DNA of 35,113 nucleotides from a virus (lineage: Duplodnaviria > Caudoviricetes), in the IMG/VR virus record IMGVR_UViG_3300032318_001756, positions 1 through 35,113 of that record, one strand, 5' to 3'. Under the pieces are notes generated by a model. The model had not been told where the DNA came from. It was given only the letters and a program-made list of their open reading frames with translations, and did no database searches. Made by a program: the position numbers and the translations under genes. Below are positions 1 through 8,951 of this stretch, piece after piece (the stretch's first letter is position 1; each line of letters begins with the position of its first letter).

Positions 1-1179
1 AGAAGGAGCTCCATGTCTTGCATACATGTTTCCTACAGCTCCGGGAAGATTTCCTCCCATTTGCATTGTTCCTCCCCATGCTCCATTATAATTAAAGCCT
101 TTGTCTGTCAATCCTCCCATTGTGGATTCTATTCCTCCACCATCATTATATTTGTCTAACCATCCACCGTTTTTCTTTTCTTGTAATGCTCCTGTTGCTA
201 TTGCTGCTGGAACTAATGCCTTATACATATTAGGATTAGTCATATCAAACATTCCATTATTACCTCTAGCTGATTTTACATTATTTCCAAAAGGAATAGC
301 TAATTCTGAATAATCTTTTGGGAAATAATCTTTACCAAATTTTATATTTGTTACAGCATCATAACTATTAATATTTGGTAAATTATGTGGCATAGCTACA
401 TCAATATAATTATCAGTAAAATATGGATTTTTTACATTAATATAATTTTCATAAATAATACCTTTATCGTTACCAAGTAAATCTCTTTTAGAATACTTAT
501 CAGCAATTTCTTTTTTAGGAGAAAAAAATGTATGGTCTGTTTCTTTTGTGGTTTGAGTTCTTCTTTTAAAATTTTCTAATCTTTTTGGAGTAATATATTC
601 AGTAAGAGGTTCTTTATTAATAGAGCCATGATACATTTTAACAATGTTACCTTTTTCATCTCTTATAATAGATTCTCTAAAGGCTTTTTTAAAATTTTTA
701 CTATTCTCTTGTATAAATTGTTCTGGAGTTCCTTTAAATGCAGAACCATCTGGATTTTTCATCCAAGTACCATTAGCTTTAGATGTTTGTTCAATGGTTT
801 TGTACTCATCTATTAAATTTTTATTAGATGGGATTTCAGGATTCCATTTACTCCAATCTATTTCTGATTTAAAATTAGGTTTTGCTTTCTTTGCTACAGA
901 GCTAGTTGTTTTAGCTGCTTTTGTAGCTTTTGCAGACTTACCCACTATCCCAGCACCAAGCAGATTAATAGGATCAAGAACAGCATCTACAGCAAATGCC
1001 CCTGCTTTGTTTTTAATACCCATTGCCTCAGAAGGAGCTTGATATTTTCCTGTAATCAGCTTTGTTACAGCTTTTTGAGGAATAGAAAACATTTCAAAAA
1101 AGTTTGAAACATCTTCAGGAGTAATAGGATTAAGAAATGCTCCTTTCTGTGCTCTTTTAGTATTTTTCTTCTTTGCCAT
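1..1179 (-). CDS. Putative virion cargo/ejection protein with ART-PolyVal-like ADP-ribosyltransferase domain (3' end runs off the window; absent from the ORF track)
   Basis: Hand translation from the ATG at 1179 (TAATG overlap with the upstream stop) is open for 393 codons to base 1: MAKKKNTKRAQKG...KANGTWMKNPDG...NFKKAF...DEKGNIVKMYHGS...TFFSPKKEIADKY...YINVKNPY...SYDAV...SELAIP...KSARGNNGMFD, then KNGG/NDGG/TMGG/QMGG repeats. It sits right after the muzzle genes, where crAss-like phages encode cargo proteins. Confidence 0.8.
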   Translation of the reverse strand, partial: MAKKKNTKRAQKGAFLNPITPEDVSNFFEMFSIPQKAVTKLITGKYQAPSEAMGIKNKAGAFAVDAVLDPINLLGAGIVGKSAKATKAAKTTSSVAKKAKPNFKSEIDWSKWNPEIPSNKNLIDEYKTIEQTSKANGTWMKNPDGSAFKGTPEQFIQENSKNFKKAFRESIIRDEKGNIVKMYHGSINKEPLTEYITPKRLENFKRRTQTTKETDHTFFSPKKEIADKYSKRDLLGNDKGIIYENYINVKNPYFTDNYIDVAMPHNLPNINSYDAVTNIKFGKDYFPKDYSELAIPFGNNVKSARGNNGMFDMTNPNMYKALVPAAIATGALQEKKNGGWLDKYNDGGGIESTMGGLTDKGFNYNGAWGGTMQMGGNLPGAVGNMYARHGAPS

Positions 1180-2045
1180 TACTTATAAGAGATTTGAGCA
1201 GGTGTATAAATGAATTGACTAGTGAGATGGATGTCAGAACGATTATCAAGAATATGTCTCACTTTAAGTTCCTTGGCTCTAAGAGGTTCTTTCTTAAATG
1301 ATCTCTTAGAATAGTCCATATTAGTCTGGTTAACAATCTTGTCTATGGACATTGATTCACAGGAAGCTGTGAACAAAGGAATATTCTTGTTCTTAACTAA
1401 TGACCAAAAGGTGTTGTATTGATAGAAGTTATCTGACTTGGTGAACGTAATTGTCTTACTATCAGTGTGATATATGGGATACTTCATGTATTCCTGAAGG
1501 TTCCTCTTAGGCTTGGGAGCAAGATTGAGAACACCAGAACTCTGCTGTCCATTGTAAAGAACAGCTTTGTTGAAATAATATTCATCTGTTTCCACTTTCC
1601 TGCTGTCATCAAATACACCAAGTACACTAGGAAGGTATTGATACACTTTTGTATAATCTTTTACATTCTGAAGAATTTCATCATAATATTGATATGCAAA
1701 AGGATATTCAATGATGTAAGGATTGACACATCCGTAGAAGTTGTTATAGATGGTGGGGTTTGTAAGATGTCTCCAAATAGACCCTGTATTATGAAACTTG
1801 AACTGAACACTTGCAAGTTGTTGCATTGTCAGTTGCTGTATAGGAAATTGCCATGACTTACCACAACACTTAGTTCCAGTGGAAGTGACAATAATAACAT
1901 TGACAGAATCATTCACACTGAATGATAGTCCGTCAATCAATTGTTGTCTTGTTGCATCAGAAGCAAGTGTATTCCCCAAATCATCTGATATGGAGAACAC
2001 ACTTGTTCTATTTCCTGCCTTCTTAAGTCTTAATGTGATAGTCAT
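1179..2045 (-). CDS. C-terminal part of tail stabilisation (muzzle) protein, fused to a ~70-aa N-terminal beta-rich domain
   Basis: 288-aa ORF. IWRH...YNNFYG...PYIIEY...LRAKELKVRHILDN resembles, from memory, the C-terminus of crAss-like stabilisation proteins. The N-terminus resembles that of the adjacent 218-aa ORF. Confidence 0.6.
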   Translation of the reverse strand: MTITLRLKKAGNRTSVFSISDDLGNTLASDATRQQLIDGLSFSVNDSVNVIIVTSTGTKCCGKSWQFPIQQLTMQQLASVQFKFHNTGSIWRHLTNPTIYNNFYGCVNPYIIEYPFAYQYYDEILQNVKDYTKVYQYLPSVLGVFDDSRKVETDEYYFNKAVLYNGQQSSGVLNLAPKPKRNLQEYMKYPIYHTDSKTITFTKSDNFYQYNTFWSLVKNKNIPLFTASCESMSIDKIVNQTNMDYSKRSFKKEPLRAKELKVRHILDNRSDIHLTSQFIYTPAQISYK

Positions 2046-2056
2046 TTCTTATTACG

Positions 2057-2713
2057 TTATATACAGTTTAGACCATCTACAGTTATGTACAAAATATTTA
2101 TTCCATTAGTTATAGTAGTCTGTACTTGAGGACATCCAAATGTATTACTTATACTAAATCCGGGACACGTTGTACAAAATGGTGATGAATTACAAATAGA
2201 TATGGTTGCAACACCAGTGGTTGCTTTTAGATAGAAGTTTCCTTGAGGAAGTCCTGTCAATGTAATGAAAAGTGAACACTCTGTTGTATTAGGAGTCAAC
2301 AGAGTATTAGTCCAGTTTATTCCATCTGTTGAATACGATATACCATTTGCTTGTTGATTCACATACTTGGCATATATACGAACCTCAGCAGCTTGTGTAG
2401 TGGTAGTTGATGTTGTACTGCTACTTGTAGAACTTGAACTAGTGCTACTGCTACTGCTACTTGTAGATGTAGATGTAGTGGCAGATGTTCCTACAATAGG
2501 AAGTGTTATAGAATTTGTACACAATCCTTTTGAAACCACTTTTATCAATGTTGCAGCATTAGGAACAGCATATGATGTATATCCTGCTGTCAATGCAGCT
2601 TTTGAAATATTTATCTCAAAAGGTGATGTATATCCATCAGCATCAGAATACAGATCAAAAGGACCTGTATCTGTTCCTGCTATCGTAAGTGTTATCAATA
2701 CTGTTTGTGCCAT
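2057..2713 (-). CDS. Putative virion surface protein: two small beta-rich domains joined by a Ser/Thr linker
   Basis: 218-aa ORF co-oriented with the tail genes; central TSATTSTSTSSSSSSTSSSSTSSTTSTTTT tract; Cys-containing C-terminal domain. Confidence 0.7.
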   Translation of the reverse strand: MAQTVLITLTIAGTDTGPFDLYSDADGYTSPFEINISKAALTAGYTSYAVPNAATLIKVVSKGLCTNSITLPIVGTSATTSTSTSSSSSSTSSSSTSSSTTSTTTTQAAEVRIYAKYVNQQANGISYSTDGINWTNTLLTPNTTECSLFITLTGLPQGNFYLKATTGVATISICNSSPFCTTCPGFSISNTFGCPQVQTTITNGINILYITVDGLNCI

Positions 2714-2733
2714 ATTTTAAATTTATGGAGTTG

Positions 2734-5700
2734 TTAATCCAAAACTGTTGTTGTTGTAGAGGTAGTTGTGCAATCTAAGCAAAATCCAGTGGTGTAGCAA
2801 TTGCTAGAACACAGATAGTATGTTATTCCCGGATCCACTATTATAGTTGAGCCTCTTTTTACACAGTATTTTTGTACTTGTTCAGGGAAAGGAGCTACTG
2901 CAAACTCTACTATAATTGGTCCATAGTTACAATCATTTATGGTTGCATATTTGTTTGTCTCAGCTGTATTTGTGAATACATAACAGTCACACTGAGGTAG
3001 ACATGGTGTACACTTACCACTTGTTGTACAAGATGTTCCACAAAGTCTTACATCTATTGATCCCGGAATAATTGCTGTAGTGTTGTCAATACATACAGTG
3101 ACATTAGCAAATCCACTTACTGAATAATAGTCAGCAACACCTCCACATGGTTTGTAATAAATAGACATTGGTTCTGCTGACGGATTAATTAACGTATAAC
3201 AATAACATCCGGGAGCAAGTGTAGTAGATGTAGATGTTGTAGTGGAGCTTGGACTACAGCAATCTTGCCATGTAACTATAAACCCATCACCGAATCCATA
3301 GAACTGAGAAGTGTCTACACAAATAACATAGTCTACAAATGTACCTCCACTTTCATAAAAGTTACCATTACAATCTGTATATGCATAATTATCTGTGCCA
3401 GTTAAAGATGCATTACAACATACACATCCACAAGGAGAATTTATAGTGGTGGTAGTAGATGTAGTTGAAGTAGAAGTAGATGTTGAGGTAGAAGTTGAGG
3501 TAGAAGTTGAAGTAGAAGTAGAAGATGATGTAGATGTTGAAGTTGAAGATGAAGTAGATGTTGAGGTAGAACTAGGTATAGTGGTGGTAGTAGATGTAGT
3601 TGTACTACTTGTTGATGTACTTGTGCTAGTTGATGTACTTGTCGAAGTTGATGTGCTTGTTGATGTAGAAGTAGATGTGCTAGTAGAAGTTGAGGTTGGT
3701 ATAGTTGTAGTAGTGGTAGTGGTGGTTGGTCTACAATCAGTACATGTTTGTAATGTACAAGATAATGTAGGAATACAAGGGTATGCATTTATTCCTATTA
3801 CAGGAATATATCCATTAAACTGATCATCACCTACACAAGCACTGTACACTTCATAAGCAGCCATTGGATAAGATGAATAATAAGAATTGCCACAATAACG
3901 AATTGAAATTCCAAGTTCATAAGATGCAGTATTTTCAAACGTTACACATCTACAAAGAATTGCTGTAGTTGTAGTGGACGTAGTAGATGTAGAAGAAGAT
4001 GTTGTAGATGTAGAGGACGTAGACGATGATGTTGAACTGCTAGTAGAAGACGTGGAAGACGTAGTAGAAGAAGACGTGGAAGTGGAGGAAGTAGATGTGG
4101 AAGGAGGAACAGTGGTGGTTGTGGTGGTGGTGCTTAGACAGCTACATATTTCTGTAGCTCCCTGATCGTTGATTCTTGTATGTGGTTTGTTTACATCAAA
4201 ACATATAATTGTACCAAGTGATCCACTTCCTGTTACAAATGACCCATCACATTCATAATAAGAATATGTACCGCTAGTTGCAATTGTTCCTATATGACAT
4301 TCACAAGGAGCAACAGTGGTAGTGGTACTAGTTGATGTAGATGTAGAAGTGGAAGTGGACGTACTTGTAGATGTAGGTATAGTGGTAGTAGTGCTTGTTG
4401 TGCTTGTAGATGTTGAAGATGTTGTAGATGTAGTGGTGGAAGGAACATATATTGCAGAACCCCCAAGAGAACAAATTGCTGCTCTAGCTTGTCCACCAAG
4501 CAGACAGTTTGACGTGTAAATAGTTGTTGTAGATGTTGATGTAATAGGAGGTTGTTTAGCCACCACCAAATCAATATCACAGCTCTCATTAATGCCAGAA
4601 TAGAAGAAGTTGTTTTCTCCTATGTACCAATTGGGAATATAGCTATGGAAACTTATCCAACTCTTTGTGTTGAAGTTGAATGAAATTGTCCAAGACTTGT
4701 TACAGAAATAATCAAGGTCTGTGAGATTTACAATTCTTCTCAAAGAGCCATTCTGAATATAGAACTCTTCAGAGCTAGCATCGTACTTTATGTCTTTTGA
4801 CAGAGGGATGTAATCAAGTTTAGTGATTATCACTCTTTCATACTTGCTGTCAAATACACCATGTAGTCCTACACCGTTAAAGTGATTGTCTACATTTACA
4901 TCAGGGAAATACCTGAGGATTTCAAATGCCAAGTGGTCTGTCATAAACCTATTGACACCACTTCCAAATCCTGTAAGCTCTTCAATAGCTGTACCTGAAA
5001 TAAGAAATATCTGACCCCTCTTAGCATCAATTGTCACTTGTCCTTGAGGTATCTTCAGAAGCATTTTGTGTTGACTTCCTACATATCCAAGATCAGTTTC
5101 TGCAAAATCAACAGGAGGACTGCTTCTGAATAATGAATCATTACCAAGGTAGGCAGCTTGAGGATTGCTTGTTTCAACAGTGAGAAGAGTGTTATACAGC
5201 AAAGACTTGTTTTCAAATCTTGCAAGGATGGCTCTGTTCTGAATACCATCCAGAGAAGTGAGCTTTCCATAGTTCTGAGGGAAATCAAAGAAACTAATTG
5301 GTCTATATATCAACCAACTATTAATCCTGTTATCAGAGAAGCTTTGTTGCCTGTCTGAATATATTGCTCTAAACGGAAAGTTTGTATAACAGAGTTGCTC
5401 CACCCAATCTATAGGCAGGTGAGAGAAGAATGTTTCTTCATTCTGTTTAGAGAATCCTACATTGTAATAATATGTGTTATCAAGAGCAATGGGAACATTT
5501 GATTGTTGTAACCAATCATCAGGTACACCTGAGCTCACGCGAGGCCAAAAGTCTCCTTCTCTATTATTAAATGCTTGTCTAAGATCAACATTCACCGTAG
5601 ACTCACAGTAGAAATAAGGAATACCATAAGCATAGAGATACATTTTTCCATCATAGAAAGTTCTTCCCGGATTAGGTTCTGATGCTGTAGAAGGAGGAAA

Positions 5701-8700
5701 CTGACTATTAGGACAATCAAAGTTGTGAGCTTTGATAGATATAATATTCCTTAACTCATTAAGGCCAACAGTTGTTGGATTAAAATCATAAAGAATTGAT
5801 CTTGAAGAAAACCAATACTTAGGATAGGCAACGTTTCCTATTTCATCATAGAATACATCACTATCATCAGGAGCTCCCACCCTATCATCAATGAAGAAAG
5901 GAAGCTTTGTTTTGAATGCAAACTTATTAATGAATGTGTCCCCACCAAATATTGTAGTGGAAGAAGTATTGTTTAGATTAACTTGATATCCAGTATCAAT
6001 TGTTTGATATGAATACATCTGCCCCCACTGATTAGGGAAGCTTGACTTTATAGATGCATAGTATGAAACTGTCTTAATGTCACTCAGTTGCTCAGGTGTA
6101 GAACATAATGACCTATCAGACAATGTATATCTTGATTCATCACTAATTATAGGAGATGTACCAAATAAAAGATTGGGAGTTTGAGAAGGAGCAGGGAGGA
6201 ATGTTTTATTTAAATCTGTTCTCAGATATACAGAAGATTCCCTGCTAAAGTTATTTATATCATGGGTGTCTCTTACATTCTGTACACCGGGAAACAGATA
6301 TTGAACAATGTCAAGAGGTCTTTGCTTTATACCAAGATCGTTGTCTACATTTGCATAGTAGTCATAGCTTGCAATTGTATTAAAGGAATAGGCATAGTTT
6401 CTTCTTGTTATTCCATTAATAAATGTTGTAAGATAGGCTTGATATGCAGTGAACATTGCTGTAGGGTCTCCACCACTAACATCTTCACTTGATATCAAAG
6501 CATCATATTGTGCTTCGTAAGAAAGAAGTTTGTAAAGAGCATGTTCTCTCACCTGTACATGATGACCTCTTCCTGCACCAAATACTACATTCTCAATCTT
6601 CAATATATCTCCAAGGAAAGGGGAACCAAATGATGTATCAGGAGAATTAAATACATTTCTGTATTTGTAGTCATCGTCTTTGAAAGCATTAAGTTGAGGA
6701 GGAAGACAGAAGTTGTTTCCTCCTACAGTACCGTCAGAAAGTTGTCTTATTGTATATCCTCCAATATGAAACCCTACAGAAGGAACAGTGCCAAGTTGAA
6801 CTTGAAGAGTTCTATTCTGTCTTGTACCAAGTGTAAAAGATTGTACAGTTCCATTTATATCTGTATATGAAAAAGTAGCAATGATGCCATCACATGATAC
6901 ATAATATGTGTCATATTTTACAGGAATAGGAGCAGATGAGAATGTTCCTTCAAGAGCTGTAGGCTTTGTAATAGAACACACTTCATAAGTGACACCTGTA
7001 AGCATTTGAGCACTTGCTGTTTCTCCAGTGAAACAATCTGTGTATTCATATAAGCCTGTTGTTCCACATATAAATCTAAACGTAAGACATTCTAAATTGA
7101 AAGCATTGTTCTTTTCAAGAAGGAAGGGGTCTTCTCTTAAATCATTATAAGGATAGTTGGGGAAGAAATATTCTGTTCCTTCTCTCTCATATTTTCCTAC
7201 ATTTCTGAGAATACCTTTAGCAATAACAGACTTATTTGTAGACCTGTCACCTCTCACTATCTTGAATCCTGCAATGTTGTTCTTCTCTTGAGAAGTGAGG
7301 TCTGATGTACCAATTAGTGAAAGCACTTGACTTACATCAATCTTTACACCTATTGGGAACACACTTCTGTCTTGCATTACAACAGAAATGTTAGGAGCAA
7401 TAGTGTAAGATCCACTCTCAAATATAGGACTCACTCTTACATCAGGAAACTTGTGGTGTCTGATAGGAGTGTTTGCAAGTTCTCCCCACACATCATCATT
7501 ACAAGGATAGAGGTCAGTAGATTCCCAATATGCAAACTCTCCATATTCATGAGGAGTGGCACTATTGATATTGGATCCTGAAGCTGCTCCTGTTACAGAA
7601 GCAGTGTTATATATCTTCCAATAAGGAGCAAATCCTACACCACCTGATGTATAATCAGGAGTGCCAATAAAGTCAGGGTTGGTGTCAGGAACATCAGGTT
7701 TTGTGAATTCATTTGAATTCTTTGCTCTACCGGGGATGTGAAATCCATCTGTTTGTTTACCATTCTTGAGAAGGAATACAATTTCAAATGCATACACCTC
7801 ATCTCTCATATACCCTCTCATATTTGTAGCATTCAGCTCATCTGAATAATCCTCATCAGCAGGGAGTTTATATGTTTGCCAGTTTAGGTCAATTTGATTG
7901 GCAATCTTTTGATAATTGATTCTATCAATAGATGTAAGGTTATCCCATACAAGAACATCTTGCACAGCTGTAAGGTCTTGTGCAATCTCGTAATAAGGAA
8001 ACCTTTCAAATATGTCGTTAAGAGTGAGATTAATTTGTGCTTGATTCTGCCCTGTATATGTAATAGACCTTGTACTGTCATCAATGAAATATGTTCCTAC
8101 AAGCTGTACAGAAGTTTCATTGTTAATAGTCTTGATTACAGCAAGGTTGAAATACTGAAAATACCCTGTAATGTCTATGTCATTAATGTCTAAAATGATG
8201 GCTCTTCCTACAGGATAGTTGAGATCAGGAGTGACAATATCAGGATTTGCAATAGGTGTAGGATTGGTTACAGAGTAGTAGGAAGTGTACCCATTACCTG
8301 AAGCATCACAATACTGAATTGCAAACTGATAGGTTCCTGCAATCAGGTTTCCTATATTTGTCACCTCTCTTACATTCAAAGAAGGAATTGCAAAGTCAGG
8401 CTGTACGTTAAGCTTGTTGCAATCTATCTCATCTATTGTCTCATTATCACAAACATTTGTCCCCGGTCTAATCTTCTTAACACTTGACAAATCATCTATG
8501 TCAAGATATCTACGAGGATTGAGTCCATCTGTCCAATATATCTCTGTTGTACAATTGGTTATCTTGTGGACGCTCTTGTGTATAGGATGATTGATGTTGA
8601 AATTAAGACATTCTGCATTTATGTATGTTTTGTAAATGCAGTCATTATTATCCATATACCCAATCTCACTTTCTCCTGTTTCAGGATGAATGAGAAAGAA

Positions 8701-8949
8701 TATGTGTTTGTTCTTTTCATTTATGAAATGCGTACCTATCAGAATAAATCCATCAGGGAAATTGACACAAAGCTCATTAGCAGGTTCATTCTGATAATTA
8801 ACACCATTAGCATCGAAATTCTCAACCGCTGCATTAAGGGCATAAGTGAGCTGTCCCTTCTTAACCTGATTAAGGGTTTGGTCCATATTAAGACCAGAAA
8901 CAGCAGCGTTATTTTCCTGCCTTATGTTTGATTGTTGTTCGTCAGCCAT
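2734..8949 (-). CDS. Tail stabilisation (muzzle) protein, crAss-like, with Ser/Thr-rich and Cys-rich C-terminal extension
   Basis: 2071 aa, follows the tail tubular gene. N-terminal GLNMD...YALNA, IYWTDGLNPRRY, GYMRDEVYAFEIV, IRHHKFP and SWTISF...WISFHSYIP motifs are typical of crAss-like stabilisation proteins. The last ~600 aa are S/T tracts and Cys modules. Confidence 0.8.
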   Translation of the reverse strand: MADEQQSNIRQENNAAVSGLNMDQTLNQVKKGQLTYALNAAVENFDANGVNYQNEPANELCVNFPDGFILIGTHFINEKNKHIFFLIHPETGESEIGYMDNNDCIYKTYINAECLNFNINHPIHKSVHKITNCTTEIYWTDGLNPRRYLDIDDLSSVKKIRPGTNVCDNETIDEIDCNKLNVQPDFAIPSLNVREVTNIGNLIAGTYQFAIQYCDASGNGYTSYYSVTNPTPIANPDIVTPDLNYPVGRAIILDINDIDITGYFQYFNLAVIKTINNETSVQLVGTYFIDDSTRSITYTGQNQAQINLTLNDIFERFPYYEIAQDLTAVQDVLVWDNLTSIDRINYQKIANQIDLNWQTYKLPADEDYSDELNATNMRGYMRDEVYAFEIVFLLKNGKQTDGFHIPGRAKNSNEFTKPDVPDTNPDFIGTPDYTSGGVGFAPYWKIYNTASVTGAASGSNINSATPHEYGEFAYWESTDLYPCNDDVWGELANTPIRHHKFPDVRVSPIFESGSYTIAPNISVVMQDRSVFPIGVKIDVSQVLSLIGTSDLTSQEKNNIAGFKIVRGDRSTNKSVIAKGILRNVGKYEREGTEYFFPNYPYNDLREDPFLLEKNNAFNLECLTFRFICGTTGLYEYTDCFTGETASAQMLTGVTYEVCSITKPTALEGTFSSAPIPVKYDTYYVSCDGIIATFSYTDINGTVQSFTLGTRQNRTLQVQLGTVPSVGFHIGGYTIRQLSDGTVGGNNFCLPPQLNAFKDDDYKYRNVFNSPDTSFGSPFLGDILKIENVVFGAGRGHHVQVREHALYKLLSYEAQYDALISSEDVSGGDPTAMFTAYQAYLTTFINGITRRNYAYSFNTIASYDYYANVDNDLGIKQRPLDIVQYLFPGVQNVRDTHDINNFSRESSVYLRTDLNKTFLPAPSQTPNLLFGTSPIISDESRYTLSDRSLCSTPEQLSDIKTVSYYASIKSSFPNQWGQMYSYQTIDTGYQVNLNNTSSTTIFGGDTFINKFAFKTKLPFFIDDRVGAPDDSDVFYDEIGNVAYPKYWFSSRSILYDFNPTTVGLNELRNIISIKAHNFDCPNSQFPPSTASEPNPGRTFYDGKMYLYAYGIPYFYCESTVNVDLRQAFNNREGDFWPRVSSGVPDDWLQQSNVPIALDNTYYYNVGFSKQNEETFFSHLPIDWVEQLCYTNFPFRAIYSDRQQSFSDNRINSWLIYRPISFFDFPQNYGKLTSLDGIQNRAILARFENKSLLYNTLLTVETSNPQAAYLGNDSLFRSSPPVDFAETDLGYVGSQHKMLLKIPQGQVTIDAKRGQIFLISGTAIEELTGFGSGVNRFMTDHLAFEILRYFPDVNVDNHFNGVGLHGVFDSKYERVIITKLDYIPLSKDIKYDASSEEFYIQNGSLRRIVNLTDLDYFCNKSWTISFNFNTKSWISFHSYIPNWYIGENNFFYSGINESCDIDLVVAKQPPITSTSTTTIYTSNCLLGGQARAAICSLGGSAIYVPSTTTSTTSSTSTSTTSTTTTIPTSTSTSTSTSTSTSTSTTTTVAPCECHIGTIATSGTYSYYECDGSFVTGSGSLGTIICFDVNKPHTRINDQGATEICSCLSTTTTTTTVPPSTSTSSTSTSSSTTSSTSSTSSSTSSSTSSTSTTSSSTSTTSTTTTAILCRCVTFENTASYELGISIRYCGNSYYSSYPMAAYEVYSACVGDDQFNGYIPVIGINAYPCIPTLSCTLQTCTDCRPTTTTTTTTIPTSTSTSTSTSTSTSTSTSTSTSTSTSTSTSSTTTSTTTTIPSSTSTSTSSSTSTSTSSSTSTSTSTSTSTSTSTSTSTTSTTTTINSPCGCVCCNASLTGTDNYAYTDCNGNFYESGGTFVDYVICVDTSQFYGFGDGFIVTWQDCCSPSSTTTSTSTTLAPGCYCYTLINPSAEPMSIYYKPCGGVADYYSVSGFANVTVCIDNTTAIIPGSIDVRLCGTSCTTSGKCTPCLPQCDCYVFTNTAETNKYATINDCNYGPIIVEFAVAPFPEQVQKYCVKRGSTIIVDPGITYYLCSSNCYTTGFCLDCTTTSTTTTVLD
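3445..4545 (-). repeat. Low-complexity coding repeats (degenerate GTAGAT/GTTGAG/GTAGAA units on +) encoding (TS)n/poly-Thr tracts
   Basis: Visible tandem degenerate hexamers at about 3445-3725, 3965-4130 and 4315-4440, with a shorter tract near 4520-4545. Confidence 0.9.
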
Positions 8950-8951
8950 TG

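Noticed and set aside
101-1042. Plus-strand ORFs 101-313, 628-816 and 644-1042
   Set aside because: They are antisense to the real minus-strand ORF (1179 to the window edge), which has recognisable motifs.
3445-4130. Tandem repeats considered as a CRISPR array or DGR repeat pair
   Set aside because: They are degenerate in-frame hexamers with no repeat-spacer periodicity; no adenine-specific TR/VR pair or reverse transcriptase was seen.
2367-4519. Val/Asp/Glu-rich plus-strand ORFs and His/Leu/Gln-rich alternative-frame ORFs
   Set aside because: They are alternative readings of the Ser/Thr repeat DNA.
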